Source: Nemertoderma westbladi
Taxonomy: Eukaryota; Animalia; Xenacoelomorpha
Length of the DNA: 41,734 nucleotides
Assembly (NCBI GenBank): GCA_032718475.1
Contig: JAUCBJ010003696.1
Coordinates: 1-41,734 of the forward strand
Reading direction: 5' to 3'
The stretch's first letter is position 1. Every line of letters starts with the position of its first letter. Shown piece by piece: positions 36,194 through 41,734 of the stretch. The notes beneath the pieces are model-generated. The model worked only from the letters and a program-made list of their open reading frames with translations, was not told the origin of the DNA and did not search any database. The position numbers were made by a program, and so were the translations under genes.

Positions 36194-37777
36194 CAGTATA
36201 CCAGTCAGCCAGTCTACCAGTACGGTATCTGTTACAGACTCATCCATCTGTCCATTAACATATTATTAACAACATATCAAATAGGCCTACATTCTGACAT
36301 TTCATCAACTAATAACAGAATAATGTTTATAAATCATCACAACTCGACAAGGGTAAGCAAGCAGTAAGCAATTTTGAAGTAACAGAGTAATTTACAATGA
36401 CAGGGTTACTGACAGGGCTGCACAATAATAGGCCTAATTGTTGCCAAAAATGGCAACCATTATTTTTCTTTAATTCTAATGGTTGCCAAAAATGGCAATA
36501 ATTATTTTAGGCACATTTCGGCCTATTGCTAAGAGAAATTCAGACGATGATTTTTTTTCTTATACGGTCAATTATATTAAAATTTCGCGCTCTTTTCACT
36601 TAACTATTTACCAAAATGCGATTTTGCTTCTGGGCGTGCGAAAATTAGAAAAACCAAAAGTTGCCAGATTTGGCAATAAACATTGCCATATGTGGCAACT
36701 TTTGAGGTTGCCAGATTTGGCCATTGTACCTAACTGTACTTAAGTAAATATTAAATAAGTACAGACTGACATACGATTATGACATTTATACATTACGACA
36801 TGACATTTATTTATTTATTTTACAATATTATTTTAATATTTATTATTTTATTATTTATTTATTTATTTTTACAAACGATATAGTTTAAGAATATAGTTAA
36901 TATTATTGAATGTGTATCGTGTTGTAATTGAATGTGTGAACTTGTATGTATGTTTCGGAATCTTAGTTGAATCCTCGTTGGTTCTCGTTCTCGTTGAACT
37001 CGTTTGTGTAGTCGCGCCAACGTCACGTACTAAATAATCGTTGGTTACGCTCGTCCTTACGCGGACTCAGCTACTCCGGGGACCATGTGGAACTCTCGCG
37101 TAACTTCGTCGCCACGTTGAACAACCTCGGCTCAGCAGCTACTACAGCGGTCGCCCCGGTGCGCCTCCACGATCTACGAACCCCGTGAGGGTGAGCGCGT
37201 CCTGTAGCTCGCTCCCCCGCTCTACTCGGCTACCGTCGACCAGTCGCCCTGCATGGAGGCCGACAAAGGAGATTCGAGGCGATTCTGGTCACCGCACAGG
37301 CACACCGGGAACCCGACAATCGAGACTCCGTGACCACGTATACGACGTACTCGCCCGCGCTCCAGTCCTCGTCGACATCATATATACTAGTCAGCTGATA
37401 AAGCCCTATGCCGCTATCAGCTTAAGCTACATTATATTACTACAGTATTATTATATTACGGGTACATCTAAATTTAAATTTCCCACTACATACAAGAAAC
37501 ACAACAAACGTCCTTGTGATTGGTTCACAGGCAAGCACCTACGCAAGAAATTCCTACGCCAAAAGACAATTCTGGCCTACGCGTAAATCTACGCGTAGCT
37601 ACGCGTAGGCCTACGTATACGCAGTAAAGTCAAACCCCCGATACCCGGCATCCCGGATTTTTATAGACATTTCTTAATTTTCGTACAGTACGTGTGTTAT
37701 TACAGTATGACTGCAGGACTGCCGGTGCCATGCCCGTGCCGTACCGGTATTAATGATCGGTAGGCCTATCTGTAATA

Positions 37778-38407
37778 ATGTTTGTAAGTTCGTTAACGAA
37801 AACGATATCGCGAAACCGACCCACGAGTAGCGGTACCGGTACCGGTAGCCTTTCTAAATTACAGACTCCACGCTGTATTCATCGATATTTATCGGGAAAA
37901 ACGTCTGACGTCTCCCACGGGAACTCAAAAGTGATCCAGGGGGACCCAGTTCCTGGTAAACTAGAGGATCCACCGTGGTCCATCGAGGATTCTAAATTTA
38001 CCGCCAGAGACTTCACCCTCGGAAAAAAAATCAACTTAACCGAAGAAGAATTGAAAGCGTTGAGCCCAGAGGATAAACTTAGAATTATCTATACATTTAA
38101 AGGGGAAAAGGAACATTACTTAAAGGAAGTTTGGTTTATACGAAAACCTTTCTTCGCCCCCGGCGCCAAGGCTAAACGCTTAGCGGACAGAATACACTTG
38201 ACGGTCCTTTTCCTTATTAAGCTGTGTCTCGCTTATTCGTGCTTTGCGCTTATCGGTGCTAGCGTGTTATTCTTCAAGCGAATGCGAGAGAATAAAAAGA
38301 ACCAGGTGGAACCAATTCCGTCTAACATTGTGTTAGACAGAGAGAGTTTGATATTGGAGGCTCTTCAATCAGGCGAACCAGTCTCCCCCCATCTTATCAA
38401 CCGCTAA
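37778..38407 (+). CDS. Intronless 209-aa hypothetical single-pass membrane protein, possibly mitochondrial
   Basis: ATG ORF; acid-free S/T/R/K-rich first ~40 aa; hydrophobic segment LTVLFLIKLCLAYSCFALIGASVLFF followed by KRMRENKK. Confidence 0.55.
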   Translation: MFVSSLTKTISRNRPTSSGTGTGSLSKLQTPRCIHRYLSGKTSDVSHGNSKVIQGDPVPGKLEDPPWSIEDSKFTARDFTLGKKINLTEEELKALSPEDKLRIIYTFKGEKEHYLKEVWFIRKPFFAPGAKAKRLADRIHLTVLFLIKLCLAYSCFALIGASVLFFKRMRENKKNQVEPIPSNIVLDRESLILEALQSGEPVSPHLINR

Positions 38408-38708
38408 TAATTGCAATTGAGTTTAAGTCCAATCTTAGCTATATAATTACATAATTATACCATTCTTTACTCCTTTTACTTGAGTTTTAACTCCATTCTA
38501 CAGACATTCTACATTCTATAGAATATTGCTTGGATTAAATAGAAAACTTTTTTAATATTTCATGCATCTATATCTCTACGTCATCTAGATAACAATTTAC
38601 AATTGAACTTTATAGTTAAATTCCAGTACTGCTGTCTGGCTGTACAACTGTGTAATCAACCCAATTACTTATCACAGTAATATCAGATTATTCGGGTTAT
38701 AAACTGGA

Positions 38709-41107
38709 ATGGGGAAACACTGTTGTGTGTATGGATGCGATGGCAACTACGAGGGAAGAACTGTACGAACTGTCAAGCTCCCATTCGGCGTGGAACGTCA
38801 GCAATGGATTGCTGCTCTTCCAAAGCGGTCTGCTCCTGATGGATCGCCCATAAAGTAGGCCTATGCGCCGATGCTGTTATTTGTATACGACATTGGCCAG
38901 GATTCCCGCAGGATATCCCTCATCGGAAGGTTCCCGGAGGAGCGTTGCGGCCGACTATCCCGCCATTCTTCTTTCCTGGGGTTCCAGCATCCTGTGTTCC
39001 TCCGCCACCAGGGAAGTTACGAGCGGAGCCACCGATCGAAGAGCGACAGGTTCAATCGCTAAACCGCCGGGATGTAATTGGCGGGTTCGATATCTTCCGT
39101 GGCGATGTCGAAACGTGGATTCACAACGATGTTCGTGTTGAATCCGTCGATATATTTGTTAAGCTAACTGCTGATTTCATTATGCTGTATGTTTTTGTCA
39201 GCGATTCCTACGCTGGCAAAATATGTATTGAAACGAGGAAGCTTCTCTGCAGTGATATCTATGTTACTGCGTTTAATCCTACTAACAAACGTATATCGCT
39301 CAACTATTGCCTCGCTCCTAACGCGCAGCTCATTCGCTGGTCCCAGCTGTTGGAGGTTATTGTCGCAGTTAAACGAAGCGTGGTAGGAACGACCGAGAAC
39401 TTGCTGCTGAAAGCCCGAGAGTTGATTGATGACGCTATCGCCTCCAGCTCTGATTATAAATACAAAACCCAGCTGGAGTTTATATCCCATCAGTTGCAGC
39501 TGCATTGTAGCGGTTCGAAGTGTTACTCACAGTCGGATTATCTACTGGCTGTTCAGGGCTACCCGCGTCTGCCATATAGTATACTGCGGCAGATTGCTAT
39601 TCTTCCATGCGAAAGGAAGATAAGATCGCTAAAACAGGGAGTCACCAGTGATTTGCTCATAGAAACGGCCATTCGTAAAGCAAAGAACAGCTTACCAGCT
39701 GGTACGCCTGCTGCCGAATCCCCAAAGGCGATTCTTATAACGGACGAAGTAAAGGTGGTTCCCAAACTATTGTATCAAGGACATGGAGTGTTCGGCTACG
39801 CTAAGGATGACCCATCGGAGTTGGCCAACTCAGTCCTCTGCTCGATGGTTAAGATTTTATACGGGGGACCTTCAGTGATGGTGCAGATGATTCCAGTTCA
39901 TTCCATGACAGCCCTATTTGCCCATACGTGTATCAAGGAAGCAATTACCTCTTTCCACAAACATGGCGGTGATATTGTTGCTTTGGTTAATGACAACCTC
40001 CGGGCCAACAATTGTTCGAACGATCTATTTCGTGACGAAATAGAGGATAAGGACAGACTAGAGCTATGGAAAGTACGTCATCCTTTGGATTCAACTCGAC
40101 AACTATTCTTGATTCCTGATCCCGTCCATGTGTTAAAGTGTATCCGCAACAATTGGATAACTGAGAAGAATCGGGAGCTCAAATTTGGTTCCGCTATCGG
40201 TAAATGGAGTGATATAGTGGACTTGTACGAGGAAGACAAGTCCAGAGTCTTACGTCTTACGTCACTAACAAAGGCAGCTATCAGCCCATCCAACTTACAG
40301 AAGCAGAATGTCAACCATGTGCTTTGCGTTTTTAACGACCGTGTTGTAGCTGCGTTGTTTCTTTCGAGTAGATCTGGTACTGCGGAAGTGTTAGAACAGG
40401 TATGTAAATGCGGATGGGCCTAGGCACCTTAGTAAAATATTAATAATGTATTAATGATGTTCGGATGTCTGCGTGGTATGACCGGTTCTAACCAGTCAAT
40501 TACTGTAAAGGATATTGAATCTGGGATGCGTCTACGTAGCCTTCTAGCATTCGTAAAGATGGGTGAAATGCCAGATGTGTTGACGGCCATTAAACACCCT
40601 ATTGAATGTACAGGTTGCGTAACCCCATTTACCGAAGAATCCCTTGTCCTTATAGATCGTTTGGGTGAACTTGAGGCTACTGTTGGTGAGCGGCATGCTG
40701 CTGCCTATGTAGCTGGTTATATCATTCGTGTAATTCCAGAGATAGAAGTATCCGGTAACACCATCCAGGCCGATAATGCATTTATCCAGACGCTATCTAG
40801 GGGTGGATTACAGCTGCCATCACATGAGTTGGTTTGGTGGGTAATGGCGTCAGCGACATGGGTAGATTCGGTACCTGATGGAACCATACTGTGCTACCGT
40901 CAATTAGCCCAGGTGGTCAAAACCATCGCTGTACAGTACGATATAATACCAGCGCCCCCCGCAGCTGCATGTACCACCCTTGCGAACACACTGTTAAACG
41001 GAATGCAGAAACGCTCCAGCATGATGTGCTCTGAAAAGCGATCTTCCGAAGGTCACGGAACCAACAGGAAATTTCTCCGCATTGCCGGTCTGGATAAAGG
41101 ACATTAA
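38709..41107 (+). pseudogene. THAP-domain P-element-family (THAP9-like) transposase, disrupted
   Basis: MGKHCCVYGC...P...RQQW...ICIRHW THAP finger; ITDEVKV, VNDNLRAN, DPVHVLKCIRNNW, KQNV, FGCLR, YVAGYI, LSRGGLQLPS; stop plus frameshift at 38856 and deletion near 40410-40455. Confidence 0.88.
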
Positions 41108-41734
41108 TCTTCTGTAGTGAAGATTGACTATTCGACTATCTATTAATTTAATTGTAATTAATTTTGATAATTCAATATGCCTACAGACACATGTCACATA
41201 CTGTAATACAACTCAACCCTAATGCCCCTTTTAAGGGCCAATTGCTGTTGTTATTTTGAATCGAGTAGCTACCTACACTGCCGTCAATTTATACATATAA
41301 AAACCATTGCAGATTGAAATAGCAGCTGCTGGAAATAAATAAATTTTCTAATCGTTATTTAATATTCATTTTGCGTGTTAAAATTTATAATCTAAAATTG
41401 CAGATCATAAGAATGTCAACATTATTAAATCTGTACGGTAAAGCTTCAACCACTACGTGGCTCGCCCCACTAAGATGTTTAATTAATGTATTGGGCTGGG
41501 CTGGTGGCGAGAGTAGTGGGCGGTGCCGGTGGTGTCTGAATTTATTATGCATAGTGCATGGGCACGATTACTACCATACAATATTATGGTATATGGACTA
41601 TCACTGGCTTAGCAATAATTATATCAGCCTCAAACGTTAAAGCAGGCAGCGAGGCAGGTTTGAGGTGCTAGGTTCGTCATAAACACATAAGAAGAATAAA
41701 TAACAATTTATCTGTGAGAGAAAATTGAAAATTT

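Larger units (their letters stand above)
33473..36736. mobile_element. TIR element with 29-bp perfect TIRs and 5-bp TSD (layer 2; hAT5-like)
   Basis: cagttaggtacaatggccaaatctggcaa at 33473-33501 and reverse complement at 36708-36736; tactt on both sides; sub-terminal ttgcca..tggcaa palindromes. Confidence 0.85.
32638..37637. mobile_element. Non-autonomous Mutator-like element, ~170-bp TIRs, 9-bp TSD (outer layer of nest)
   Basis: 32638-32805 is the reverse complement of ~37466-37637; TSD ccgataccc at 32629-32637 and 37638-37646. Confidence 0.9.

Noticed and set aside
36910-37380. GC-rich segment as a solo LTR inside the outer MULE
   Set aside because: No convincing terminal inverted match or TSD found.
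37778-38407. Naming the 209-aa ORF FAM162-like
   Set aside because: Only overall architecture is similar; no diagnostic motif recognised.

Overview
AT-rich (repeat-dense) animal genomic DNA, not prokaryotic; the ORF track is mostly noise from satellites. Host content: the last four coding exons of a minus-strand CCDC151/ODAD3 (outer dynein arm docking) gene (19680->10024), an intronless 561-aa LRR ORF, a LIM-kinase C-terminal fragment and an intronless 209-aa membrane-protein ORF. Transposon content: FLYWCH-MULE transposase, Penelope-like element with a minimal hammerhead ribozyme, an RTE LINE inserted into a satellite, Helentron/HINE-like elements, a broken THAP/P-element transposase, and a four-layer concentric nest of TIR elements with all TSDs readable (32638-37637). 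Five large tandem arrays. The most striking observation: two consecutive CCDC151 exons have their exon/intron junction, including the 5' splice site, tandemly amplified (about 57 and 3 copies) in units that are multiples of 3 nt. All calls were made by eye, with no database searches.
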